A stretch of DNA of 64,000 nucleotides from Nitrosopumilus sp. (GTDB taxonomy: Archaea; Thermoproteota; Nitrososphaeria; Nitrososphaerales; Nitrosopumilaceae), in NCBI GenBank assembly GCA_965238275.1, contig OZ250186.1:1920001-1984000 (forward strand), in the 5' to 3' direction. Each line of letters begins with the position of its first letter. Position 1 is the first letter of the stretch. Below are positions 49,607-58,699 of this stretch, piece after piece. A model generated the notes under the pieces. It worked only from the letters and a program-made list of their open reading frames with translations, was not told where the DNA came from and did no database searches. The translations under genes and the position numbers were made by a program.

Positions 49607-50392
49607 TTGAGCAAAGCCGTGATCCAGCAGAGGACGGACAGCCACTTCTCAAGGATCGCCCCGAGGTACGGGGACCTGCGGACGACAGACTCTGATCACA
49701 TCCTGCACATAAGGAACCGGCTGCCCAAAAAGTCCCGGATCGTGATGGCAGACGTAGGCTGCGGCGACGGGCGGTACTCGGCGGATCTTCTGAGGTGCCT
49801 GGGGGACGGCTGCTACCTTCACTGCATCGACTTCAACGAGAGCATGATCAGGCACCTGAGGGCCCGCCTGGCGGGCCGCGGCATCCTTAACTTCTGCGCC
49901 GCGCCGGGGGATGCCGGCAAGCTGCCTCTGGAAAACGACACCATGGACTGCATCGTGACGTTCAACGCCATCCACCACTTTGACGTCCAAAGGTTTTTGG
50001 CGGAGGTCTACGGGTGCCTCAAGGACGACGGCCGCGCGTTCATCTACACGCGGCTGCGGAGCCAGAACTCGAGGAACATCTGGGGACGGCACTTCCCGCT
50101 GTTTGCCGAGACCGAGGATCGCCTGTACGAGCTCGACGAGCTGCGGCACGCCGTCAGGAAGGCGGACATGAGGGTCGCCCGTGCCGACGTGTTTGGACAC
50201 GACAGGGCGTCCAGCTTGGCGGACCTCGTAAGCAGGGCAGAAAGCAGCCACTATTCCACGTTCGACCTGTACGGCAGATCCGAGTTCAGAGAGTCACTGG
50301 CCGCGTTCAGGCAGAACCTTGCCGACAACTTTGACGACCTGGACGACATCCGGTGGCGGGACGAGAACATCCTCATCGAGATCAGCAAGTAG
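49607..50392 (+). CDS. class I SAM-dependent methyltransferase
   Basis: ADVGCGDG, IDFNESM, GDAGKLPL, FNAIHHF; start set at TTG 49607. Confidence 0.88.
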   Translation: MSKAVIQQRTDSHFSRIAPRYGDLRTTDSDHILHIRNRLPKKSRIVMADVGCGDGRYSADLLRCLGDGCYLHCIDFNESMIRHLRARLAGRGILNFCAAPGDAGKLPLENDTMDCIVTFNAIHHFDVQRFLAEVYGCLKDDGRAFIYTRLRSQNSRNIWGRHFPLFAETEDRLYELDELRHAVRKADMRVARADVFGHDRASSLADLVSRAESSHYSTFDLYGRSEFRESLAAFRQNLADNFDDLDDIRWRDENILIEISK

Positions 50393-50485
50393 CGCCGCGG
50401 CCGGCCGCTGCGTCGGGGGACGGGTCAGGCACGACCGCGTACCGCCTGCAGGCGGTGCCGCCCGGCTGCAGGACCTGCCACGTAA

Positions 50486-50866
50486 GGGTGTTGGTGGAGC
50501 ACACGATAGGCAGACTCAAGCGCTACGCGCGCCTCACCGACCCGTACGACGGCAACGCAGCCGGGTTCAACAGGGAGTTCAACGTGATCACAGGACTGGT
50601 AAACCTGAATCTTTTGTGGGACTTTATGGAAAAGGGTCCGCCACCGCCAGGGCAGTGGAAGACGTCAGTAGACTGGGACAGGGCCTGCTCCCAGGCTCCG
50701 GTCAAGTAGAATTCAGGGCACGATGAAGTGCTGCAAGGCTGCGCATGCTGTTTTGGATTTTGAGGGGAACGGACTTGTCACATGCCCGACACGAGTAGTT
50801 TTAGGCCGTATTTTTCCGGTTTTTTATGGCAGGGTTGGCAAAATGGATGGATTACGCATATCTTCT
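50486..50866 (+). mobile_element. 3' fragment of IS5 type C
   Basis: Similar to reverse complement of 28785..29167, ends GGATTACGCATATCTTCT. Confidence 0.92.
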
Positions 50867-51136
50867 ATTAGGCAGATGGGGAAAATTACGTGTAAAGGAC
50901 TATTCGTATCGAGTTGGACAGGGTTTACATTTACCATCCACTAATGATGCATCTTCACGGCCAACGCAACTACCATGTTCGAATTGCAACGTGTCACGTG
51001 CTTGCGCACACACTCTTGAATCACTCTTACACCACATTACACGTTCTGCCATGTTTCATTGCATAACCACTTTTAATTATAGGTTCCTTCCACCGAGTTT
51101 TTCCTGATTTAAATAAAATCCGTCCCATAACAAATC

Positions 51137-51382
51137 ATGGAACTAATGTCCGACGAGCAATGGAAGGTGATTCAGGATGACTCCAAGATGCCATTGCAGG
51201 AACGCGCCGAACTCTTTGCCAAGAGGTGGCTGACAATGACTGATTGGGACAACCTGCAGTCAGAGTTTGCCGCCGTCGCCCAAAAAACACTACATGACGA
51301 TGCAGTCAACACCGTGCTCAAGGCAGGCAACATTCCTTCTGGAATGGAGAAAAGAAGGCCACGCGACATCATGCTGCCGTAA
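51137..51382 (+). CDS. small hypothetical protein
   Basis: 81-aa ORF with TTTAAATAAA upstream. Confidence 0.5.
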   Translation: MELMSDEQWKVIQDDSKMPLQERAELFAKRWLTMTDWDNLQSEFAAVAQKTLHDDAVNTVLKAGNIPSGMEKRRPRDIMLP

Positions 51383-51385
51383 TCA

Positions 51386-53305
51386 CTATTGGTACATCTG
51401 TCCAAACATTCTGCTGTCTTTGGGTTTCTGTGCATCTACGTCGTTTTTGAATTCCGTAACTTCTGTTTTCTTCGGCTTCGCCATCTCGGCACAATTCTCC
51501 TGCATATTTTCATTGAACTGCGTCGCCCGTTCCGCAAGCGGCTCAGTCACCTCCCCTATCCCGAATTCTTTCGGAAGCGCGCCTTGCATTATCGGGCCTG
51601 CTGCACCTGCCATGGCACCAAGACCAAACGCTGTCGCCTTGTCCCAGAATGACGGTTTCTTTGCCCCTTCTGGCAGTTCCGGATTCGGCTCCGTAAGGCC
51701 GTGTTTCTGCCAAAATGACGGTTTCTTCTTTGGCGTCTCTTTCTGTCCGGCATCATCTGCGCCGGCATCAGTGCTGGCATCATCAGGAACATATCCACTG
51801 CTGCCCGCACCAGGAGGCGGTGTCCTCGTGTCGCCGCCTGGCATCACGCTTGGAATGACGCTTGGCCCACCACCCGCACCAAAACCGGTAGTACCGACAC
51901 CGGGAGCGCCAGCACCGGGAGCGCCACCTGGCATTATTTGGGCCTCGTTGACATTTGGCTGCATGCCTCCGCCGCCGCCTCCGCCGCCCAACATGCCAGT
52001 CTGGATGGCCGAAGAGACGGTACCGCCGACCACGCCCTTAGCAACGCCCAGTGCTGGACCGGCAGCGCCGCCTATTGCACCCGCGCCACCTATTGCACCC
52101 ATGCCGCCACTTACTGCCGCGCTTACAGTCGTGGCAGCAGCGATCAATGCGGCCTTCATCGCTTCCATCACCTCACCCTTGGTAGTCATCAACAACGAGC
52201 CGCCGACAGACGTGACTGCAGAAGAGCACAGAAAACACACGCATACCGCGGACAGCCAGCGTATCAGTGCCGGCTGGTCAAACGACGACTGCAGGTATGC
52301 CACTCCCGCGGTAAATATGATGGCAGACAATATTGGCGCCATCATCAAACCAAATATGGCGTTGACGTAGTCGCTGGCGTGCCGGTCAAATTTTGGAATC
52401 AGCGTCATCGGGAGAAATACCGGAATGGAAATCAAAATTATCATGGTGAGCACCACGCGCAGCACCCCCGTCACCCACATCTCCATACCGAGCAAAATCA
52501 CCACGTACGCCTTGAAGACGCCCAGGAACGCAATCGATATCGTCTCTTCCATGAATCTTGCCGGATCCACCAGGAACGTCGACCATGCCTCGGGATCCCA
52601 CGTGCTTGGCGGTATGATGTGCCCTGCCTCCATCCACAGCCACGCAGAACGCGCCGACGCGCGGCCCTCCAGCGTGGTCTGGTCTATCACAAGTCCGGTC
52701 AGGCCGATGTCCGTCCTGTCCTCGGGGAACGGCGCCATCAGGTACAGCGCCATCCCCTCTATTACCATCGCGGCCGGATCCCAGATGATTGGAAGTATCA
52801 TGATAATGACCAGGAACGGGATGACTTTCTTGACCCGCTCCACGGCGTTGGACTCGCTGGTAAAGCCGGTGCCGGACATCACGTACTCCATGACCGATAC
52901 CGCCACGACAAACATCATTATCACGATTGAATACTGCGCCAAAAACCAGTAGAACTTCAGGTATCCGGTCTCCTTGGCCTCGCACCCGGATCCGCCGCCG
53001 CCGCCGCCGCCGCCGCCCTCCGTGCATGTTTCAGACGCCTGAGCGCATTCCCAGGAAACGTGGTCTCCGCTTTCGTTGCATTCTGGAGTAGTAAGCACCC
53101 GCGCCCCGTCGTCGGCATACTCGTGGAACGTCGGCATGTCGGTGAGTATGGTCGGCAGTTGCAGCCCGGCAAGCGTGACAAACGACTGGCTTACGGCGAT
53201 TATGCCGGCAACCACAATTAGCATGATGGCAAGCATTCCCATTATGGTAAACACGCCGCGCCGTTTTGCCATGGTTTGGAGGATGCTTTGGCATTTAAGG
53301 GGCAA
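51386..53305 (-). CDS. VirB6/TrbL-like conjugative membrane protein (tentative)
   Basis: Multiple TM helices followed by a long Gly/Ala-rich C-terminal tail, island context. Confidence 0.6.
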   Translation of the reverse strand: MPLKCQSILQTMAKRRGVFTIMGMLAIMLIVVAGIIAVSQSFVTLAGLQLPTILTDMPTFHEYADDGARVLTTPECNESGDHVSWECAQASETCTEGGGGGGGGGSGCEAKETGYLKFYWFLAQYSIVIMMFVVAVSVMEYVMSGTGFTSESNAVERVKKVIPFLVIIMILPIIWDPAAMVIEGMALYLMAPFPEDRTDIGLTGLVIDQTTLEGRASARSAWLWMEAGHIIPPSTWDPEAWSTFLVDPARFMEETISIAFLGVFKAYVVILLGMEMWVTGVLRVVLTMIILISIPVFLPMTLIPKFDRHASDYVNAIFGLMMAPILSAIIFTAGVAYLQSSFDQPALIRWLSAVCVCFLCSSAVTSVGGSLLMTTKGEVMEAMKAALIAAATTVSAAVSGGMGAIGGAGAIGGAAGPALGVAKGVVGGTVSSAIQTGMLGGGGGGGGMQPNVNEAQIMPGGAPGAGAPGVGTTGFGAGGGPSVIPSVMPGGDTRTPPPGAGSSGYVPDDASTDAGADDAGQKETPKKKPSFWQKHGLTEPNPELPEGAKKPSFWDKATAFGLGAMAGAAGPIMQGALPKEFGIGEVTEPLAERATQFNENMQENCAEMAKPKKTEVTEFKNDVDAQKPKDSRMFGQMYQ

Positions 53306-53347
53306 AAACCGGCTGCCGGCCTTTTATGCCGCGCGCAAATTCATCCC

Positions 53348-54001
53348 ATGGAAGAGATCCGCATGGCGTTGTTTCTTGGAATGTTTGCCGTGCTTGGGTG
53401 GTATGACTTTCGGACCCGCGAGATAGACGACAGGCTGTTTCTCGTATTCGGTGCTGCCGGTGCCGCACTGTACGTGTTTGACTGGCAGGACACGGACTCG
53501 TATGCGGTGCTGCTGGTACTGTGTTCTACATCGGCTGCAGTCATGCTGTGGAGGCTCAAGGTGTGCGGCACGGCCGACATGTTTGCCATAATTGCCGGCG
53601 CCGTCATATACCCTGTCTACGCGGGGTTCGTGCCCACCATGCTGATGGTGTTTATCGGCGGTATAGTGTTTGGCGTGGCCTTCACTGTTGGCGGGAACGT
53701 GCTGTTCAACGTGTCTGATGCTGCACGTGGCAGGCTGTTTGGCGACGTGTCTGACGGACGCATGCGCAAATGCCTTGCGTTCTTTTTGGTTCACCGACAG
53801 CGCGGGTTTGACAAGCACGTCTTTCTGGCAGAAGATACCGTGAAAGGCAGGCGCAGGCTGAAGATGGGGCGCAAGTCGGCCAGCCAGAAATTTGCAGGGC
53901 CGTCCACGCGCAACTACGTCGAGTACGCGCCCCCGTTCATAACGTTTGCAGCCGTGTCAGCGTTCTTTGTGGTTGCAGTCGCGTACGCGTACCAGTGGTA
54001 G
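53348..54001 (+). CDS. prepilin/preflagellin peptidase (A24 family)
   Basis: YDFRTREIDD, GTADMF catalytic aspartates, C-terminal PFITF. Confidence 0.8.
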   Translation: MEEIRMALFLGMFAVLGWYDFRTREIDDRLFLVFGAAGAALYVFDWQDTDSYAVLLVLCSTSAAVMLWRLKVCGTADMFAIIAGAVIYPVYAGFVPTMLMVFIGGIVFGVAFTVGGNVLFNVSDAARGRLFGDVSDGRMRKCLAFFLVHRQRGFDKHVFLAEDTVKGRRRLKMGRKSASQKFAGPSTRNYVEYAPPFITFAAVSAFFVVAVAYAYQW

Positions 54002-54085
54002 GACGGCCGGAACCGCGTGTTGTGACCAGCATCTTGCCTGTCGTGCTACCACAAAACTCATTTACCATCCACGCACCATGTCATC

Positions 54086-54265
54086 ATGGACTGTGAGGAA
54101 GGCTTGCGCATGGTAGCACGTCTTCGCCAGACCGCAGACGAGGACGAAAGGGCAGGGAAATTAAAATCGGTCAATGCCTTGAGGGAACTCGCGCTCGCCT
54201 TTGAGTGTGTGGATTACGGCCTGTACATGTTCGAGTACAAGTACGGGATCAAGACGTGTGACTAG
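54086..54265 (+). CDS. small hypothetical protein, YGLY family copy 3 (below ORF-track cutoff)
   Basis: MDCEEGLRMVARLRQTADEDERAGKLKS...FECVDYGLYMFEYKYGIKTCD*. Confidence 0.7.
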   Translation: MDCEEGLRMVARLRQTADEDERAGKLKSVNALRELALAFECVDYGLYMFEYKYGIKTCD

Positions 54266-54441
54266 ATCCCGAGTTTTTTGCGCAATTCGGCTATCCTGTC
54301 CCTGTAGCCTTGTGCTAGCGGCAACGCGGCTGCAAATTCAACCGCCTTCACGGGATCGTCGCATATTTGCTTAGTCCTAGCCGGGATCTTCGCGTACTGT
54401 TTCTTCAGCACATCCAATTCTTCCTCGCCGTCTTTGGACAC
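54262..54441 (-). CDS. 59-aa helical protein convergent with YGLY copy 3
   Basis: MSKDGEEELDVLKKQYAKIPARTKQICDDPVKAVEFAAALPLAQGYRDRIAELRKKLGI*; stops overlap in CTAG. Confidence 0.55.
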   Translation of the reverse strand: MSKDGEEELDVLKKQYAKIPARTKQICDDPVKAVEFAAALPLAQGYRDRIAELRKKLGI

Positions 54442-54509
54442 GGGATGCAGTACGCGTTCAGCATAAAAGGAGTCGCATGAGCCAATCTATGACTTGGCCG
54501 TTCCTTGAA

Positions 54510-54594
54510 TGGGAAGGGCGGGATTTGAACCCGCGAACCCCTTGGAGAGAGAGGGGGGATCTTAAATTCCCCCGCATTTGGCCAGGCCGTGCTA
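54510..54594 (-). tRNA. 5'-truncated, degenerate tRNA-Leu(TAA)-like gene
   Basis: T-arm GCGGGTTCAAATCCCGC, 3' acceptor CCTTCCCA, anticodon loop TTTAAGA, long variable arm; 5' acceptor strand replaced by TIR inserted at TA. Confidence 0.6.
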
Positions 54595-54616
54595 TAGTGA
54601 AAAGTGAAAGTTCGTG
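54595..54616 (+). mobile_element. isolated TIR of the TnpB-carrying TIR element family
   Basis: TAGTGAAAAGTGAAAGTTCGTG, 21/22 identical to TIR at 16851..16830, preceded by TA. Confidence 0.85.
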
Positions 54617-54763
54617 AATACATGATAACCCTGCCCACCCACCACATGTGGCGGGCTGACCCCTACAATTGCATGGTCACAAAGACCTGGTTCGTGAATG
54701 GGGCTATCCGAGCTGCTGTGTTACTGGACTGCGAGTCCTGATAGATGCATGCAGCTGCCGGCC
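54617..54763 (+). ncRNA. orphan IS110 left end / bridge RNA with different target guides
   Basis: Scaffold nearly identical to 3354..3500; target-loop strands changed to AATTGCA and GTTCGTG; no transposase follows. Confidence 0.8.
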
Positions 54764-54829
54764 CCGCATAATGATTAAACCGCTCAGAATATAACAAAAA
54801 CCGGTGCAAGGTTGAAGTTTGAGGAACGG

Positions 54830-55651
54830 ATGTGGAGTGATCTGGATCCTGCCAAGAAATACGCCGTGATGGACACGATGGTGCTGCTTATGGCGTTCCG
54901 TTATTCCGGCTAGACGACAAGAGACATCAGGGACACACTGGACGGACGCGTAATACTCATGGTTCCGTGCATCATTCGCGAGGCGTTTAACGTGTACAAA
55001 GAGATGGGCATCAGGGAGGACATCCTGGATTTTGAAGCGTTCGTAAATGAGAAGATGTGGGCCAGGTTCGGCGCATTGGTGACGGTAGGTCCGAGCCATA
55101 AGACGCGCAATGCCGCGTCAAGGACCCACAAAGAACAAAAGTATTGCAACAAGGAAGGCGCGTGCCTTTCGTACGTGGACTGCCTGATGCTGCGCCTGGC
55201 AGTCGAGAACCTGAACGTGGACGTACTGACCGAAGACGCCACGCTAATACGGGCGATATGCGCAGAATGTGGGTTTCTTGGTCGTCCGAGAACTTGTCGT
55301 GCCCTGAGCAACTACTACAACAGGCGGTTCTACGTCTCCAACATGATCCATTGGCTGGCACGCGGCAATCCTTTCGTCAACATACAGGACGTGTTGTGGG
55401 ACACGGAATACGAGTTCGACGGCTCGTGGCGCGTGATCGTGTCTGAAACGCCCACGCTGAGCGTCAGAATGGAAAAGATTGGAGACACGCGTGCGCCTTG
55501 CCCGTTTGCAGACGAACGGGGGGCGCTTGACGCGATACTGGCGTGCTGGAGTGCCGAGTACGGCGACTACTGCCGCAGCCACCATTCAAGCGAGTTCATG
55601 GACACGTGCACGTGTGGAAGATACCCGTATGATGAAAATACGGATTCATGA
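54830..55651 (+). pseudogene. PIN-domain protein with in-frame TAG at 54911
   Basis: VMDT (before stop), IIRE, LSYVDC, LTED acidic motifs; Cys-rich tail. Confidence 0.65.
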
Positions 55652-55929
55652 CTGGATTAGCCGAAAGCCTGCAGGTTCCTGTACTTGCAGCCTGTCAAAC
55701 GCAGGAATGAAATCGTGCGGCTTGCACGGTCGTTTGAAAGATTTTACTACAGGCTGAACGGGTCAGACAAGCCAATGGCTTGGCCGAAGTGGGGCATGCA
55801 GGACAAGATGCGTCCAGCGTGCAGATGACATGTAGATCATGATTTCTAACTTGTGATTGTAACAGAAATATACGCACTGGCAGTCAGCACATGCACCATA
55901 TTTTTATAAAAACGCCCATAACGTGACGC

Positions 55930-56385
55930 ATGGACTTTTTCGAATGGTGGGATTCGGCCCCGTGCAGGCATGCCAACGCGGCATGCGGGCTGTACGGACA
56001 CAGCATAATATTCGGTTGCACCAACTGCCGCACACAGGCAACGTTCTCGCTCCATGACGACAAAACGGAATTTCACGTATCCATATCAGACGGCGGAAAA
56101 ACGAGATTCAACCACGTCGATATGGGCGATGCCGCACGGTTTGCCATGCGGATGGGCCGGATATTCATGCCCGAACAGGGCGCGGATCCGGAAAGCAGGA
56201 CATTTGAAAAAGACCGCGCAAGGCTTCGGGAACTGGTCGGGCTGCTTGACAGGCACGCGGATCTCACCGGCGGCGGCAAACTCATGCTGGTGGACGGCGC
56301 CGGGGCCACGCAAAAGTGCTCAAGATGCGGCGAGGCAGGATTCGAGGAGGCAGGGTGCCAGGCGTGCGGGTACATGGCGTCTTGA
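55930..56385 (+). CDS. hypothetical Zn-ribbon protein
   Basis: CTNC and CSRCG...CQACG motifs; TTTTATAAAA upstream. Confidence 0.6.
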   Translation: MDFFEWWDSAPCRHANAACGLYGHSIIFGCTNCRTQATFSLHDDKTEFHVSISDGGKTRFNHVDMGDAARFAMRMGRIFMPEQGADPESRTFEKDRARLRELVGLLDRHADLTGGGKLMLVDGAGATQKCSRCGEAGFEEAGCQACGYMAS

Positions 56386-57065
56386 TGTGGCATCGTGCAT
56401 GCCTGATTGCGGCTCATGACTGTGGTTCTGCCGAATTTCCCACATAGAATGATCTACCGACAACTTCCCAGTCTCTTTGGGAATGCATCAACATGGCATT
56501 GCGCCCATGTTGCCGCTGCTGTACTCATAACGCCTGTTTTTCATGTGGTGTTGATACCTGCAGGGAGAAAGATTTCTTGCTCGGGGTTCTGGCGGCAGGC
56601 GTTGCCATTGGAATTGCGGGCATGTTTGCTTACACGTCATTGGAACGGAACAATCCGTTCAAGGCACCGTCATAGGGGAGCACGTGGATCCCTCGGACGT
56701 GCTCGATTTTGCACTGGGGTTTGCGGCCGGTCCGGACACGTTCCTGACCCACACACATGCAGCCGACATCATGCAGAAACTTGATTCGTAATCGGTAACA
56801 GGATCTGGCCGTGGAGCATCATTCGTGTGCTGAACTCCGTTCTCAAAATAAAAAAACGCATTAAAGTCAACGCCATCAGGCCATGCCCCTTCCATTGCAC
56901 CCTCAAGCCTGAAACCAGATGAAGAAGTACAGAACAGGCATAATTGCACCGGCCGCTGTTCTTTGCCAGCTCCTCGTCACTGCAGACGCTGCGTGTGATG
57001 CAACCCATGTGGTTTGGATTGGATGCACGTATACGCGTCAATTGACGGCATCATCAGATGACGTA

Positions 57066-57482
57066 CTATGAGAGAAAACTCTCTTCGGCCTTCCTGACCC
57101 TTGCCACCACATATATCCGGCTTGGGTGTTTGCCGCCTCCCGGTGACATGTTTGCGCCAAAAAAGTCAGGCTCGCCGAGCCGTCTGATGTCGTCGTTGCT
57201 CCATGCCCGCTGCCATGAAGGCGGGTGCGGTGTGCCAAGCTGGGTTTTTCTGACGTATTTTTCATGTTCCCCGGATCTAATATCATGGTTTATCTCCCGG
57301 GTGCAGCCATCACAGAGATACCTCTTCGTGCCCCTGTCAATCCACTTCCAATACTGTTCCTTTGTACGTTCGGGTTCCATTCCCTGACAGGCCGGACATG
57401 CGTATGCCATACCGTGCAACGGTACGGATTTTATAAAATTGTTGTCAGTCACCGCCACGCTCCAGCGCCCTCTTGATGACAC
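57066..57482 (-). CDS. hypothetical CxxC Zn-finger protein
   Basis: CPAC...CDGC. Confidence 0.4.
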   Translation of the reverse strand: MSSRGRWSVAVTDNNFIKSVPLHGMAYACPACQGMEPERTKEQYWKWIDRGTKRYLCDGCTREINHDIRSGEHEKYVRKTQLGTPHPPSWQRAWSNDDIRRLGEPDFFGANMSPGGGKHPSRIYVVARVRKAEESFLS

Positions 57483-57565
57483 CCGGCGTGGAGAATCGCT
57501 TCTTCATGGGTGCTGGAAGTGCCGCCCAGGGTCAGTGCATGACTGGCTTGCCCCATCACTGATAT

Positions 57566-58165
57566 ATGGCAGGCAAAAAATCCCAAACCATGCCGAGCCC
57601 GTGGCAGACCAAGCCCGTAATTAAAATAGAGAACGTGGTCGCTACCGCGTCCGTGGGCCAGACGATGGACCTGCGCGACATCCAAGAAAAATTTCCGGGC
57701 ACCGAGTACCACCCGGAACGGTTCCCAGGTTTGGTGTTCAGGCTCGCGGTGCCAAAGACTGCCACTCTGATATTCAGGACAGGCAAGATGGTGTGCACAG
57801 GTTCCAAGTCAAAAGAGATGGCAGCCGAGGCGGTAGACACCGTGGTGAAAAAACTCAGGAAGGGCGGCATCGACATACGAAACGACGCGACAGTCACGGT
57901 CCAAAACATCGTGGCCGCAATAAACCTGGGCGGAAGAATCCACCTTGAAAAGGCCGCAAGGACGCTGCCGCGCAGCATGTACGAGCCCGAGCAGTTCCCG
58001 GGTGTGATACACAGGGTCGTGGATCCAAAGACTGTCATACTGGTGTTTGCCTCAGGCAAGCTGGTGTGCGCCGGCGCCAAGAAAGAGGAGGACGTGTTCC
58101 GCTCCGTGCACAACCTGCACGCGCTTTTGGAAGAGAAGGGCCTAATGATCTACGAATCCATGTGA
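57566..58165 (+). CDS. tbp: TATA-box binding protein
   Basis: IENVVATA, YHPERFPGLVFR, LIFRTGKMVCTG; second repeat QNIVA, YEPEQFPG, FASGKLVCAG. Confidence 0.96.
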   Translation: MAGKKSQTMPSPWQTKPVIKIENVVATASVGQTMDLRDIQEKFPGTEYHPERFPGLVFRLAVPKTATLIFRTGKMVCTGSKSKEMAAEAVDTVVKKLRKGGIDIRNDATVTVQNIVAAINLGGRIHLEKAARTLPRSMYEPEQFPGVIHRVVDPKTVILVFASGKLVCAGAKKEEDVFRSVHNLHALLEEKGLMIYESM

Positions 58166-58450
58166 ATGGAATTCAACGAAACACCTTTCTACCCAAACCC
58201 GCAATCCGTGCTGATGTCGGAACGAACCCGTAGCAATTGGTGGTTTTTGTTGCCCATATTTTTGGGCGTGGTTGGCGGCCTGATATCGTACTTTGTCATA
58301 CGCTCGGACGATCCCGACAAGGCAAAGAACAACCTGTACCTTGGCATCGCACTGACCGTGGTCGAAGTGGCGGCAAGTTTGGCGTTCTACTGGATTCTCT
58401 TGAATGTTAACTTGTTCCCGGGTTCTTCTGCAATCCCTGGTAGTGACTGA
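58166..58450 (+). CDS. small two-TM membrane protein
   Basis: RSNWWFLLPIFLGVVGGLISYF..RSDDPDKAKNNL, common thaumarchaeal type. Confidence 0.7.
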   Translation: MEFNETPFYPNPQSVLMSERTRSNWWFLLPIFLGVVGGLISYFVIRSDDPDKAKNNLYLGIALTVVEVAASLAFYWILLNVNLFPGSSAIPGSD

Positions 58451-58699
58451 GGTTCTCCTGCATCATCGGTTGGTGGCACAAATTCAGGATCTTCTCCAGA
58501 TTTACTTGCTGTTTTACGCACCGTTATGCCATTCCCCATTAAATCATAATTCCTCTAGGGAGAATCTGCCAGTTGTGATGGATAATCCCAGTCATTGCCA
58601 TGACATGCATTGATGGGACATCCATCACGCCAAGGCCAGTCTGGGCTACGTGTGTCGCTGCCGTTGCTACAGCTGCCGTTGCTACTGCTGCTGCTGCGA

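Noticed and set aside
51267-52930. Long plus-strand ORFs (and similar antisense ORFs over pyrG, thiolase and transposases)
   Set aside because: Shadow frames of GC-rich genes on the opposite strand
54911-54913. Pyrrolysine read-through of the amber codon
   Set aside because: No pyl genes in the window and not known for this lineage; TAG is used as a normal stop in many genes here
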